Part shown: in pieces, positions 43,810 to 57,058 of the stretch
How the letters are laid out: each line of letters starts with the position of its first letter
Numbering within the stretch: position 1 is the first letter of the stretch
Origin: Eledone cirrhosa
Taxonomy: Eukaryota
Reading direction: 5' to 3'
Length of the DNA: 64,000 nt
NCBI GenBank assembly: GCA_964016885.1
Contig: OZ024740.1
Location: 110,608,001-110,672,000, forward strand
Notes under the pieces: model-generated
The model's database searches: none
Told to the model about the DNA's origin: nothing
The model's input: the letters and a program-made list of their open reading frames with translations, nothing else
Position numbers and translations under genes: made by a program

Positions 43810-44021
43810 CGAAGGAAATGTGGTAAGGAACCAGATGGACCATAACGCACCAAAGTACTCAATACTTAGGGTATTAGAGTGGGTAATAGGAACGAGTAGG
43901 ACCCCGACGGCTGAGCTCAAGCCGTTTCAACGGCTAATTCTGGACTAAATTTAGACTAAGATTTAGTCCAGAATTAGCCGTCGAAACGGCTTGAGCTCAG
44001 TCGTCGGGGTCCTATTCGTTC

Positions 44022-44142
<121 letters not shown>

Positions 44143-44332
44143 TATACATATCACACACCATTGCTAGTGATTGAGGATACTGAGTGATCGAGTGTGATTG
44201 GTATTCTTCGTGGCTCCCCTTATTCGCGAAATTACTCCCACCTTTCTCTATTGAGGTTTGGAAGAATTAAATAAATATAAAATGTGTGTGTATTGAAGGG
44301 GGTTATTTCAAGTAGTCAGGCTATAGGCACAC

Positions 44333-44430
44333 GTATCATTTCGGTGAAGGTGGCTGTATGGGACTAGGTGGTGTTGGTGAAGACGGACAGAATGGTGGAG
44401 AGTTGGGATGGGGAGAAACGGAGAAGAAAT
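44333..44430 (-). CDS. Candidate internal exon (98 nt) of an unknown host gene
   Basis: ttcatattag|ISSPFLPIPTLHHSVRLHQHHLVPYSHLHRND+AC|gtgtgc; GC-richer unique sequence. Confidence 0.3.
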
Positions 44431-44693
44431 CTAATATGAAGATTTTCCTTTGGGGATTCCGAATGAAATAATAGACATCTGTACAGGAAGTTAGGTCCTG
44501 AAAATTGCCAATGTAGATAGAATGTCTTCTAAAATAGTAGAAATGGAATTTCAGAACGAGAAACTTAAATTTAATGACAGGAAATATTCCGATTTCTTTC
44601 TTTCTTATTGTTTTTGTTATTTCATGAGAAGAAAAGTGGGGCAAGAAAAAAAAAAAAATATAAAAAGAGAACTGAGTGATTAGAAAAGAAAGG

Positions 44694-44729
<36 letters not shown>

Positions 44730-44763
44730 GCAGGCACTGAAAAGCATGTCTAAATATTATTTG

Positions 44764-44804
<41 letters not shown>

Positions 44805-44884
44805 GTATGTATAATATATATATATCTATATATATATATATATATATATATTTATTAAAATAACAGATTAAAGTTTATTATTAT

Positions 44885-44921
<37 letters not shown>

Positions 44922-45666
44922 TATCTGCTACACTGCGGCTACAACTTCGATTTATATCTATTATTATTATTACTATTAATACTATTATATATATATATCA
45001 GTATGATTTTTACATTCACAGATACATGCATTCACATGTAGTGTGAGAATGAACGTGAGAGAGAGAGGGGTGGGTGGGCAGAGGGAGAGAGATAAAGAGG
45101 TAGCTATCTACAGAAGTAAAGATGAGAAAAAAGACGAAAGATAACATAATATAACAGGGAAGGAGCTTCAGTAATTATTGTAGGTAAATATTATGGGGGC
45201 GTGTCCGACTTCCAGAAAAAATTCACAAAACAGCAATGGAGATGAACAATTATTGTAATATTTATCTATAATAACACTAGGGACAACATATCTAATAACA
45301 CCTACACCACCAACCTAGTGAAGGTGCGTGGATTACTGGTTTGGTGTGTTCAGTTCTTGATCGTAAGCTCATGAGTTCGATTCCTGGTGGCACGTTGTGC
45401 TCTTGAATAAGACATTTTCGTAAACATTAGTTGTGCCTATAATTAAAAGAGGGTGTGGGTCGGTAGGGCACATGTGTCACTAGTCATGATGTGTCACTAA
45501 TCATGATGAATCTCCCTGAGAACTTCGTTAAGTTGGTAAATACGTCTGTGGTATGGTCAGCTAATGCATAAGCAGGCTGAGTCTTTGACAACAGGAACAG
45601 TTCTAGTCGGAACTGAAGATGTCATATATGCACACACAAATACAGACATATATACACACATATGCA

Positions 45667-45703
<37 letters not shown>

Positions 45704-45946
45704 CATACATGAATACATGTATGTATGTATAAAAAATTTGATCACGGGTTCAATCGGGGGTAACCACAGTACGTAAGGTACTCAAAACAGAAGCAATTTC
45801 TTTATTAAATATTTATACTCTGCAATGTATTGAGTATCTTACTGTGGTTACCCTCGATTTAACTCAGGATTAACTGATCTTTAGCACTTTACTGTGTGTT
45901 TCTTAACCATACTGATGATTTCCCCCGAATGAAACAGTTCTCATGC

Positions 45947-46008
<62 letters not shown>

Positions 46009-46019
46009 ATAAGATTATA

Positions 46020-46110
46020 ATGGATGGTTGCCGAACTCTGTACGGCTTAATACGGGCTGTTTGTTTACAAACAAACTGAACATTATAATAAATGTTCGGT
46101 AAACCCATAC

Positions 46111-46187
<77 letters not shown>

Positions 46188-46675
46188 CATGTAGGTATAT
46201 ATATACATACTACTGTACGTCAGTATACATATATGTATGTACGTATACATACTTATATTTAAGTGTCAGCCGTACTAAGAGTGAGAAATTTCATTTCATT
46301 TCATTCTTTTCCATTTAACGTGTTCGGTACGCCCTGCCGACTAACTCACTCGATATGCAAATTAGGCTGCCCAGCCGTAAATATGCATAAGGAAAATATA
46401 TACTTTCAAACAGTTCTATCATCTGACAGGAAGGTATACGATGCTGACGATAGCTAATAAGCTTGAAACTTGTTCATCGTTCCTTTGTCAGTGTTGAACA
46501 AAAGGGCAACGATGGTTGCCGAACACTGTACGGCGTAATTCGGGATGTTTGTTTACAAACAAACCGAACATTATAATAAATGTTCGGTAAAGCCATACGT
46601 ACATATGTGTGCATGTATGTACATATATACATACTACTGTACGTCTGTATACATATATGTATGTACGTATACATA

Positions 46676-46682
<7 letters not shown>
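46020..46682 (+). mobile_element. Retrozyme-like family B, fourth locus (~1.4 direct tandem units)
   Basis: ggttgccgaac...catacttata occurs twice; HHR at 46439-46479. Confidence 0.8.
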
Positions 46683-46751
<69 letters not shown>

Positions 46752-47378
46752 TAGATAGATAGATAGATATAGATATACATATATTAGACAGACAGAGAGA
46801 CGGATAGGTGCATTTGACATATGTATAAAGATAGTAGATAAATAGACTGACCAATAGGTAGATTAGATAGTACATATAAATAAATAAATACAGAGTGAGA
46901 GAGAGAGCGAGAGTGAGAGAGAGAGACCGAATTATTGGACTAACTCGAGATAGTGTTGCACATTTCAGTATATGTATATATTCAGATAATAAATGTGATA
47001 AAATATAAAATATATTAACAATAATGATAATAATTGTTTCTAAATTTAGCAGCAATTTGGGGAAAGAAGAAAGTTGATTAAATCGACCCCGGTGTGTATG
47101 GATGAAGGAAACAACTGACGTCAAAGGGAATTATCTTTTCCTTTCATCATTATGGGGCGATAAAATAAGGTACCAATAACGCACTGCGGTCGATTTAACG
47201 AATTGTTGGCCTTGTGCCAAAAGTAGAAATAATAATTATTATTTTTAACTTGTGTTTTAATATATATTTTATGTATGTTGATTTTCTTGGAATGTGATTA
47301 TATTTCATATCTTAACGCATTTATAATATTAAAATACTGAAACGTGCAACACTAACTCAATGAGAATAATATATTCAT

Positions 47379-47432
<54 letters not shown>

Positions 47433-47477
47433 GTATAAATGAAAATATAGAAATTAATGTGAGCAAGAAGCCAACAG

Positions 47478-47551
<74 letters not shown>

Positions 47552-47554
47552 ATA

Positions 47555-48460
47555 TACGTGGAGAAGTATATAAAGGAGAACAAACCGTTAAAACATGTTT
47601 ATTTAAAACAGTACCTACGTACTTTTCGCCCGAAAGGGCTTCTCAAGGGCATAACAATCTAAAGAGTGTTCTTTACGTGACCTAGAAGGGGTTTTAAAGA
47701 TAAGTTCACATCACAGTTCATTCTTCGTAAACAACATGTATTGATATTGCAGTAGATCAAGGGAGATATCTCCAGCCGGTGTTAGAGCAGTGTTCCCCAG
47801 GCTATATGTTACCCGTTAGTATTTTGTGGTTACTGCTTTACCATTGTCGATTCACGTAGGGTCAGGGATGCAAGGTTAGTTTCCAGATGTTTGTTTCCAG
47901 CGCCTGTCCGCCGGGGTGTTAAGGTTTGGTGCAAGGTGACCGGTTTACGGTTTTCACGCCTCATTCTTATTCCAACTGGAGTAAGAGATTTTTAAGCGGT
48001 GCGTCCAGCTTATCACTGTTTCTGCTCTGCTATTGATGAGCTCATGGGGTGCAGTTATGATATGGTAAAGCTCCAGCAGGCAAAGCCCGCACTTCTTCTT
48101 GAAACTGTACGGTGCTGCCCTGCCGACAATTACCCAGTGCGTGGAGAAGCTGATGTTTGAGTCTTTTAAGGCTGTGATGTAATTCGCGAGCGAAGTGGAG
48201 TGTCTTAGTTTCTTGTTTGCGAAAGTGTGGAGATGTGTTCGAAATCTATTTTTGAACGGGCCAGAGGTTGCCCCTATATAATGCTTAACGCTATTATGGC
48301 TAGTTACGGTGCACCTATAAATAACCCTACCAGTCAGTCAATTTACTCTAAGGGGGCAGCGTCCCCTGTCACGACAGTTGCAATTTCGGTCGCAGTCCCT
48401 TCTAGTTCCCAAGGTAAGGCTATTATTATTGCTATCTATTTTGTTACCTACGCCTCTATA
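47555..48460 (-). pseudogene. PLE 3' fragment: GIY-YIG endonuclease, UTR and degenerate HHR
   Basis: CNCRD...VIYRCTV...HYIGATSGPFKNRFRTH...STSLANYI...CGLCLLE; gccc-tttc-gggc-GAAA-agtac-GTA near 47612-47650. Confidence 0.75.
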
Positions 48461-48464
48461 CCTG

Positions 48465-48675
48465 TCGTTAGTACAGAGCTGTATGGGAGCCTCCCATAAG
48501 TCAGCTCAAAGATGACACAGAGGAGACTGAGGTTAGCTGGACATGCTCACCGACATCCAGAGTTGACATTGCACTCAGTGCTCCTGTGGGAACCCCTACA
48601 TGGACACACTGGAAGAGGAAGACCAAGGTTAACGTATGTTGAGGCCCTAAGGACAGACAGTCCTTAGGGCATCAT
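48465..48675 (+). mobile_element. RTE LINE 3' fragment
   Basis: ELYGSLP.VSSKMTQRRLRLAGHAHRHPEL...WEPLHGH.GRGRP; same family as 55085-55970. Confidence 0.75.
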
Positions 48676-49309
48676 ATATGTATAAGAGAGGGATGATGAT
48701 ACTGATGATGATGGTGTTGGTAATGAGAATTATGTCGATGCCAGTGATATTTATAATGATGAGGATAATGTTGATGAGGAGGAAGAAGATAAGGAGGGGG
48801 ATAATAATTGATACTATATATCTAATACGTAAAACAAAAAAAAGCCAAATAAAAAAAACTATAATGAATAAAAAAGTAAAACATATATTCGAAAATAAAA
48901 AAAAACACATACAAACAATTCTGTTATACTTAATCTTTCGCCCTGTGCAGTAAAAACACAAATCAATAATGAAAATAATAATAAATAAGGGTTACCAAGG
49001 ATTCCCCAAATTTACAGGACGTTGTGCACGTTTATCGAGTAAAACACCACCCAGTAATTATAGGGAAGGAAACGATGTTTTTTTTACGATTTTGAAGGAT
49101 TCATTCGCTCTCACAATTTTTATCTTGCTAAGTACACTGAAAGTATAGTAATTAGGAATATGTGATGTATATTTATTCAAGGCGGGTGTATAACATAAAT
49201 TTGATTATATATATATACATATATAACGAAGAAAATGTGGTAAGGAACCAAGTGGACCATAACGCACCAAAGTACTCAATACTTAGGATAGTAGAGTGGG
49301 TAATATATA

Positions 49310-49364
<55 letters not shown>

Positions 49365-49391
49365 TCAATACTTAGGATAGTAGAGTGGGTA

Positions 49392-49487
<96 letters not shown>

Positions 49488-49513
49488 GTGTTTATATATA
49501 TATGTGTGTATGA

Positions 49514-49547
<34 letters not shown>

Positions 49548-49584
49548 TATCATATATATATATATGCATATTATATATATATAT

Positions 49585-49773
49585 GGGCGGTGGATTGGCA
49601 GTATTGGTAGAGGGTCGGACGCCATGCTTTGACGTATAGAGTTACGGCCCTTGCCATTCTGAGTTCAAATCCCGCCAAGGTTAACTTTGCCTTTCATCCT
49701 TACGGGGTCGATAAAATAAAGTACCAGTAATGCACTGGGTAATTGCTGGCCTTGTGCCTAACGTAGAAACAAT
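49585..49773 (+). mobile_element. SINE family 1
   Basis: Shared core. Confidence 0.85.
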
Positions 49774-49836
49774 TATATATATATATATGCATATCATATA
49801 TATATATATAAACATGTGTTTATATATATATGTGTG

Positions 49837-49889
<53 letters not shown>

Positions 49890-50973
49890 TATCATATATA
49901 TATATGCATATTATATATATATATATGCATATCATATATATATATACATATGCATATCATATATACATATATATATATATATATTGATATATTTATATAT
50001 ATATTTATATATATATATATACATATGCATATCATATATACATATATATATATATATATTGATATATTTATATATATATTTATATATATATATATATACA
50101 TATGTACATACACACGCAGGCAAATACGTGTGAAGGTGCATTGCGTAGTGATTAGGATATTTAGCTCACCACCGTAAGGTTGTCAGTTCGATACCAGATG
50201 GCACGTTGTGACCTTCAGCAAACTCTTTATTTCCCGTTGTTCCAGTCCACTCATCTTAGAAAAATGACTTGTGTCTCTTATTCAAAGAACCAGAATTGTC
50301 ACACTCTAAGAACTACGTCAAGGACACGTGTGTTTGATAAATACTCAGCCACTAGCATATTAATTTCTCGAACAGATGGTTCCGTTACTCGAATCAACTG
50401 GAAATAAATTCGTCGAAACCGAATCAGATCCAACAACAACCTATGCATATGAGTGTGTGTGTATATAAATATATATATATATATACATATAAGGTGTGTA
50501 TGTGTGTGTGGGGGTGTGTCTGAATGTATGTAGAGAGAGAGAGAGAGAGAGAGAGAAGGCGAGAGAGAGAGAGAAAACAAGTACTCAGTGTATGAGTCAA
50601 ATAGACATTTACAAACACAAAACTATCAAATTTAATTAATATATATGTATATATATATTCATTTCTTGATGTCGACCTGTTCGTTACACTGAATTTCACT
50701 TCGTGTGGACAGCATCTAAATCAGTCAAGGCGGGTATTTAAGCAGTGTTTCTCTAAAGCCAGTTGTGAGAGTATACTCCACTTTTCTGAGTTACATAGCG
50801 CTATGTTGTAGGGATGAAATTGTGCCGGCTATGTAACTCTGAAAAATGGAATAGACATTCACTCAATGGCATTAGAGTGAGAATCCATTAGACGCTGTCC
50901 ACACGAAGCGAACTTAATTCCAGGAAAATTGTATTGAGCAGACTAACTAATATATATATATATACGACTATCA

Positions 50974-51014
<41 letters not shown>

Positions 51015-51292
51015 GACTATCAAACATATATATATATATATATATATACGACTTATCAAACACACGTGTCCTTGACGTAGTTCTTAGAGTGTGGCAATTC
51101 GAGTTCTTTGAATAAGAGACACAACTCAATTTTCCAAGATGAGTGAGTTGACTGGAACAACGGGAAATAAAGTGTCTTGCTGAAGCACACAACATGCCAT
51201 CTGGTATCGAACTGACAACCTTACGGTCGTGAGCTAAATATCATAACCACAAAGCAATGCACCATCACAAACACGTGGTTGCTTGTTTGAGT

Positions 51293-51378
<86 letters not shown>

Positions 51379-51912
51379 GTGAGGGTGAGGGGAATTGGTG
51401 CCTATATACATATATGGATGGGTTTCTGCAGAGATCTCATCTGTCAATTTCTACTTAAATGGAATTGGTCGATTGGTCAACCCGAGGCAACACGGCAACG
51501 TATTCCACTAGATACTTGACACTAATACTATTTTCATTAGAGATCATTTGTAAAGGTAAGTATGACGACATCGGTCAAATATTTCATGCCTGGCACAAAA
51601 TCCAGGAGACTGAGATTGATAGAGAGTATCATTCGCGTGGTTCTCCGCTACAATAAAACGGTAATAACAAGAGACTGCATACACAATAGTTTCATGTGAA
51701 TGCTAAAGACATATATCTGAAATGTCCATAGACCTAGGAGCAACTTTTAATGTTTTATACAAAAACGTAAAAGAACTAATAAGAAAGTATTAGCAGTATC
51801 ATTAAAGTGTTGTTAAAATTGAGGTTGTGAGGCAGAATCTTGGTTCCAGCAATGCGGCTTAAAAAACACAAACCAGTTAAAAGCATAGAAACACACAAAC
51901 ACCTTACCAACT

Positions 51913-51945
<33 letters not shown>

Positions 51946-51947
<2 letters not shown>

Positions 51948-52045
51948 GGGTGTCCCCTCCAAAATGTATATACACTTCAACAACATTCTAATAAATATTG
52001 CCTGTACAGGTAATCAAAGTGTGTATACATTTTTGGGACACCCTG
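51946..52045. mobile_element. 100-bp Tc1/mariner-type MITE
   Basis: TIRs cagggtgtccc..aaaatgtatatacact / agtgtgtatacatttttgggacaccctg followed by TA. Confidence 0.75.
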
Positions 52046-52080
<35 letters not shown>

Positions 52081-52100
52081 CATTCACACGCGCACGCACG

Positions 52101-52194
<94 letters not shown>

Positions 52195-52577
52195 TTCGGT
52201 TCATTCAAACATATTTATGTGAGTATTTTTAGTGTAAATAAAGCATAGCATTGCATTGCAACAGAACATTCCATTGTTTTTTTCCCTCTCCTTCACTCTC
52301 TCTCTCACTCTCTCTCTCTCTCGCTCGCTCACCTAATCTCTCCCACTCTCTCTCGGGAAGTATAGAATAAAGAATGTTAATGCAGACATAGAAATGCAGA
52401 CACAAACAGTAACAATGATACAGTGTTACATGTTTTAGGAAATAGATTTATCTTATGCTCCCGATTCCTTTACTCTTCATCAACATAACTGTATAGTGAT
52501 AGTGAGAAAAGGGAAGTATTAAGTTCTGTAGGAAAGCAAACTTCCGTGGTTGCTTTGTAACCTGTGTAATGTTTAAC

Positions 52578-52745
52578 CTCCGTCGGCTCCGACGACGAGT
52601 GATCCAGATTTTGGAACGACGGAACATCCTTCTCTGACATCCAGTGCTGCTGTGATTGGGACCTCGGAAGAGTTTCTTCAGATAACGAGTATTCCAGTTG
52701 GAGGAGCTCTGGAACAGCCTCATCAGACGAAGAACGTTCAATTTG
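52578..52745 (-). CDS. Candidate internal exon (168 nt, phase 0-0) of an unknown host gene
   Basis: Strong acceptor ttttctttttgttttag; open frame QIERSSSDEAVPELLQLEYSLSEETLPRSQSQQHWMSEKDVPSFQNLDHSSSEPTE; donor GAG|gttaaa. Confidence 0.45.
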
Positions 52746-54076
52746 CTAAAACAAAAAGAAAACGGAGCAGCCTGCTCGTGAAATTGACGTGTGAGTGGAT
52801 GAGCATTCCACGGGAAAGTTTACTTACTTAATCTAGTTCTCGGGGAGATTCAGAATGGAACAGTGCATGACATAGCTGATCGTTTGTATTAGAAGTACAT
52901 GTCATATTTTCGCCAGCTGTGTGAATTAGAGAAACTTGAAATAAAGTGTTTAGGATCATGAGCCGAAAACATTAACCACTATGCCAGGCACCTTCACATA
53001 AATTGTAGCAATCGACATTCATAAGAAAACAAAACAATATTGAAGTGAGAGAAACTGAAACACACTCTTGTATGTTGTGGCATTGTCGACATTCTTACAC
53101 AAAGGTTGGATGGAAAGCGGATGAGAGGGCGGAGAAGGGTGATGAGGATGGGGAGAGAGGGAGGAGAAGGGTAGAGGGGGACGACGCAGACGAGGGGGGG
53201 GGGGTCTCTTATGTCTCTGTTATTTTTTATATTTGGATTCTTTATTTATCGATATCGATTATTAGTATTTATGGCAGCATTTCAATTATTTCTTTATGTT
53301 TGAGAAATATGTATGTGTATTCATTTGTTTTTGCTTGTGTGTGTGTGTGTGTGTCATTAGTGTGCATATGATTTTGTGTGCATTTACGTTTGTGAGTATG
53401 TGTATGCTTGGGATTGTAAGTGTGTGTATAATCATGTATGGGTGAATGTGTATGTATGTGTAGGAATGGAGGTGTATATGCGCGTCTATGTGAATGTATG
53501 CATGTGTGAGTGATAGAAATAATCCGATGAGCAACAGAAATTGTTAAGAATTCTTGACTCATCATATATTCTCAGGTTTCCAATGTTGATGTGTTCATAC
53601 ACACATACACACACATATATATATATACACACATATATACATACTTACATACATTCATACATACATGCATACATACATGATGGCTGCAACCTCTGTTAAG
53701 AGTACTGCAATCGGTTGTCAGATTATAGAGTTCGGTGCACTTTTAGGCTACGGCCAGCCACGCGAACCTGTAACATATTCCGAACAAACAATGCCTGTGC
53801 TTTGAAGGTTTTTTAAGGGGGGAAAGGCCTTGCACTCGACCAAACCCACTCTCTGAGCATCGAAAACACTACCCGAAAAGGAGAACTGGTCAACATCATC
53901 GGATGCTTCCGAAGCCGTAGGTTTTTTTTTCAGAGTTTGCCTCTTTTAGAAAGGTGTTATCACAACGACATACATCATATATATATATTTATATGAAAAA
54001 TGGCGTGCTGCGTAGTTGCACATGGGTTACATATGAATAAAATTAGTCCTTCATCAGTGATCTTCCAGCCTTCCTT

Positions 54077-54142
54077 GGTATTTCTTCGCTTTAAAGATCA
54101 TATATATATATATATATATATGATCTTTAAAGCGAAGAAATA

Positions 54143-54144
<2 letters not shown>
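54077..54144. repeat. Perfect short palindrome around (TA)n
   Basis: ggtatttcttcgctttaaagatc(at)n gatctttaaagcgaagaaatacc. Confidence 0.9.
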
Positions 54145-54227
<83 letters not shown>

Positions 54228-54256
54228 AAAGAATAGAGGTGTAACACACAAGTTAT

Positions 54257-54654
54257 TATATATTGGTAAACGGAATAGAAAATGCTGACAAATTGTTCAC
54301 AGTTGAAAAATGGTTTAATTAGGAATAAAAGAGTATTAGTGATTGTATGGGTTAGTATTCAGTTGTGGTTTTAAGTTTTTAAGTTTTTACCGGTTGCGCA
54401 TTTCTAAATGCTTTTCAAAAATAATTTTGAGATAGAGTGTCCGTGCTGTTTGCTCTGATCTGAGCAAACAGCACGGACACTCTATCTCAAAATTATTTTT
54501 GAAAAGCATTTAGAAATGCGCAACCGGTAAAAACTTAAAAACTTAAAACCACAACTGAATACTAACCCATACAATCACTAATACTCTTTTATTCCTAATT
54601 AAACCATTTTTCAACTGTGAACAATTTGTCAGCATTTTCTATTCCGTTTACCAA

Positions 54655-54660
<6 letters not shown>
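54257..54660. repeat. ~400-bp palindrome (199-bp arms, 6-nt spacer)
   Basis: Arms 54257-54455 and 54462-54660 appear exactly complementary. Confidence 0.9.
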
Positions 54661-54694
<34 letters not shown>

Positions 54695-54744
54695 CATACA
54701 TAGATACATATATAGATACATATATATACGTTCATACATACATG

Positions 54745-54885
54745 TATTTGTGATCATTGGGGCTCTGGGATATGTTACTAACTGTCTCCGTAGATAGGCT
54801 TCACAGAACCAGAAAGCGCACGGTTAGTGAGGAAGTTGCAAGTACAATCCAATGGAACTGTAAAAATATGTAAAACATTTCAGAA
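54745..54885 (+). mobile_element. R4/Dong-like LINE 3' fragment
   Basis: Similar to 20880-21030. Confidence 0.6.
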
Positions 54886-55084
54886 AGACGGTATGTAGTA
54901 ACTGCATAGATATATGTATAGATACAGAAACATATGTGTACACATATATCTAAAAACATACACATCCACAGAAGCAATAACACCCATATTTACACACACA
55001 CACACACACACAGACACACATTTATATATATATATATAAATATATATAAATATGCACACACACATATATATGTATGTATATATC

Positions 55085-55970
55085 TATCTATCTATCTATT
55101 CTATTCTAAGGCGGGTAAAAATTCCCTAGATCCATGGACGAGTTCTCTCCAGCTCTCTCTGTCCCTCATCATCGCTGCCATGCCCTGCGTCTCCAAGAGA
55201 CCAGTGTCTGTCCTTAGGGCATCAACATATGTTAACCTCGGTCTTCCTCTTGCAGTGTGTCCATGCAGGGGCTCCGATAGGATCACTGAGTGCAGTGTCA
55301 ACTCTGGATGTCGGTGAACAAGTCCAGCTAACCTCAGTCTCCTCTGTGTCACTTTCGAGCTACCTTTTTATTATCGTAGTGGACTATTGTATGCGCCTTG
55401 CGCTGGAGAATCACCAGGACTCTGGCTTTACCGTAACACCGGCTCAGAGCAGGAGAGTTAAGGCGAAAAAGATATCGGATGCTGAATTTGCCGATGACAT
55501 AGTTCTGGTGACAAACACAGTGAAGGAGGTAGAGGATTTGATGCAGGAGGTGGAGACTGTTGATGGGTGTGGGGCTGAGAATGAATGAGATTAAGACAAA
55601 GTATCTGGTAGAGAATATTAAGAAGCCAGAGAAGATTACTAATGTGGGTGGGAAGTCGCTGGAATTGGTTGACGACTTCCTGTATTTGGGAGCAAAGATT
55701 GGGAATACGGAAGATGATGTGGGCGGCGTGCCACAGCTTGAGATCGGTGTGGAAGTCGGACCTTCGTAAAGACCTGAAGATCCGTCTCTTCGTAGTAGAG
55801 TCTGTGCTGCTGTACGGGTCTGAGACTTGAACACTGACCAAGAAACTCACTTAGATGGTAGATGGGTGCTACACGAGAATGGTGAGGATGGCTCTGAACA
55901 TTAATCAGTATACACTGAGGATGAAGAACTCAGAGCTGTACGGGAACCTCCCAAAAGTCAGCTCGAAAGT
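55085..55970 (-). mobile_element. RTE LINE insertion with inverted 5' segment
   Basis: Minus-strand 3' piece (RRLRLAG..RGRP..DRESWR, (TAGA)n tail) joined to plus-strand RT piece (YLFIIVVD, FADDIVL, FLYLG, ESVLLYGSET). Confidence 0.85.
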
Positions 55971-56068
55971 ATGAATGTATATATATATATATATGAGGGA
56001 ATGAATTCTGTGAGAGAACATCGTTATTTTTTTCTCCCTCATATCAAGAATTTGAAGACAATTCATTT

Positions 56069-56142
56069 TCACCTGATGAGATCAGTGATAATCGATCATG
56101 GCTTCACAATCGATCTATCTCTTATTGAAACATGTGTCGTGA
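56069..56142 (+). ncRNA. Type I hammerhead ribozyme of an older PLE-like terminus
   Basis: tcac-CTGATGA-[stem II]-GAAAC-atgt-GTC-gtga. Confidence 0.65.
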
Positions 56143-56325
56143 TTAAATGATTGGAATTTTACCTTGCCTTCGGATTTTCATTTTGATACTTATACTCTGT
56201 TTTACATCATCTAGCTGTTCCCTTGAATGGAATTGGAGATATACAAAAGCGTGGAGAACTTAATATTGCTAACATAAAGTTATTGGATAATCTTACACAA
56301 CCAATAATGCATCTTACTATATAAC

Positions 56326-56474
<149 letters not shown>

Positions 56475-56644
56475 TATAGATAGGTAAATATACACGGGTG
56501 TGTATGATTGTGTATAGAAGATTATATTAATAAGAGGAATTCCAACTTTGTCTGATTTACTCGTTTTATTTACAATCCTTTAAAATATATATAATGGTAT
56601 TATAATGAAATAGTATGATAGAATATTAAATTCTAAGTGTTAAT

Positions 56645-56683
56645 TGAACAAGTACTTTCATGCTTTCGCAATCTTCAGGTTCA
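56645..56683 (-). ncRNA. Minimal type I hammerhead ribozyme in 3' pLTR
   Basis: tgaac-CTGAAGA-t-tgc-gaaa-gca-t-GAAA-gtac-TT-gttca. Confidence 0.85.
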
Positions 56684-57058
56684 TGATATGTGGTGACAGT
56701 CGAGTTTGCAATTTTCAACTGTAATGAGATGGGTAAATTTCCTACCTCTTATACATTTTATACAGAGAAAAGTGGCTCCAGAATGCAAAGCCCTGTAAAC
56801 TGTATTTCGACCAATCAGTGTGTAGTTTCACTGAATTACTACAGCTGATTGGTTTAAGCGTCACGGCTGGTTGAGCATGCTAACGACCAATAGTCATATC
56901 CAACGTATCAATTGTTTTGCTTTTTTGAAATGATGAAAATAGCATTTTCTATTAATCATCACCATCAACATCACTTTTATTATTATTATTATTGTTGTTG
57001 TTGTTGTTGTTAGTGGTCGTGGTCATAGTGGTAGTAGAAGTAATACCCCTAGGCGTTA

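Noticed and set aside
51541-51555. Plus-strand 15-nt micro-exon (ttttcattag...gtaagt)
   Set aside because: Splice-like motifs alone with no supporting neighbouring exons
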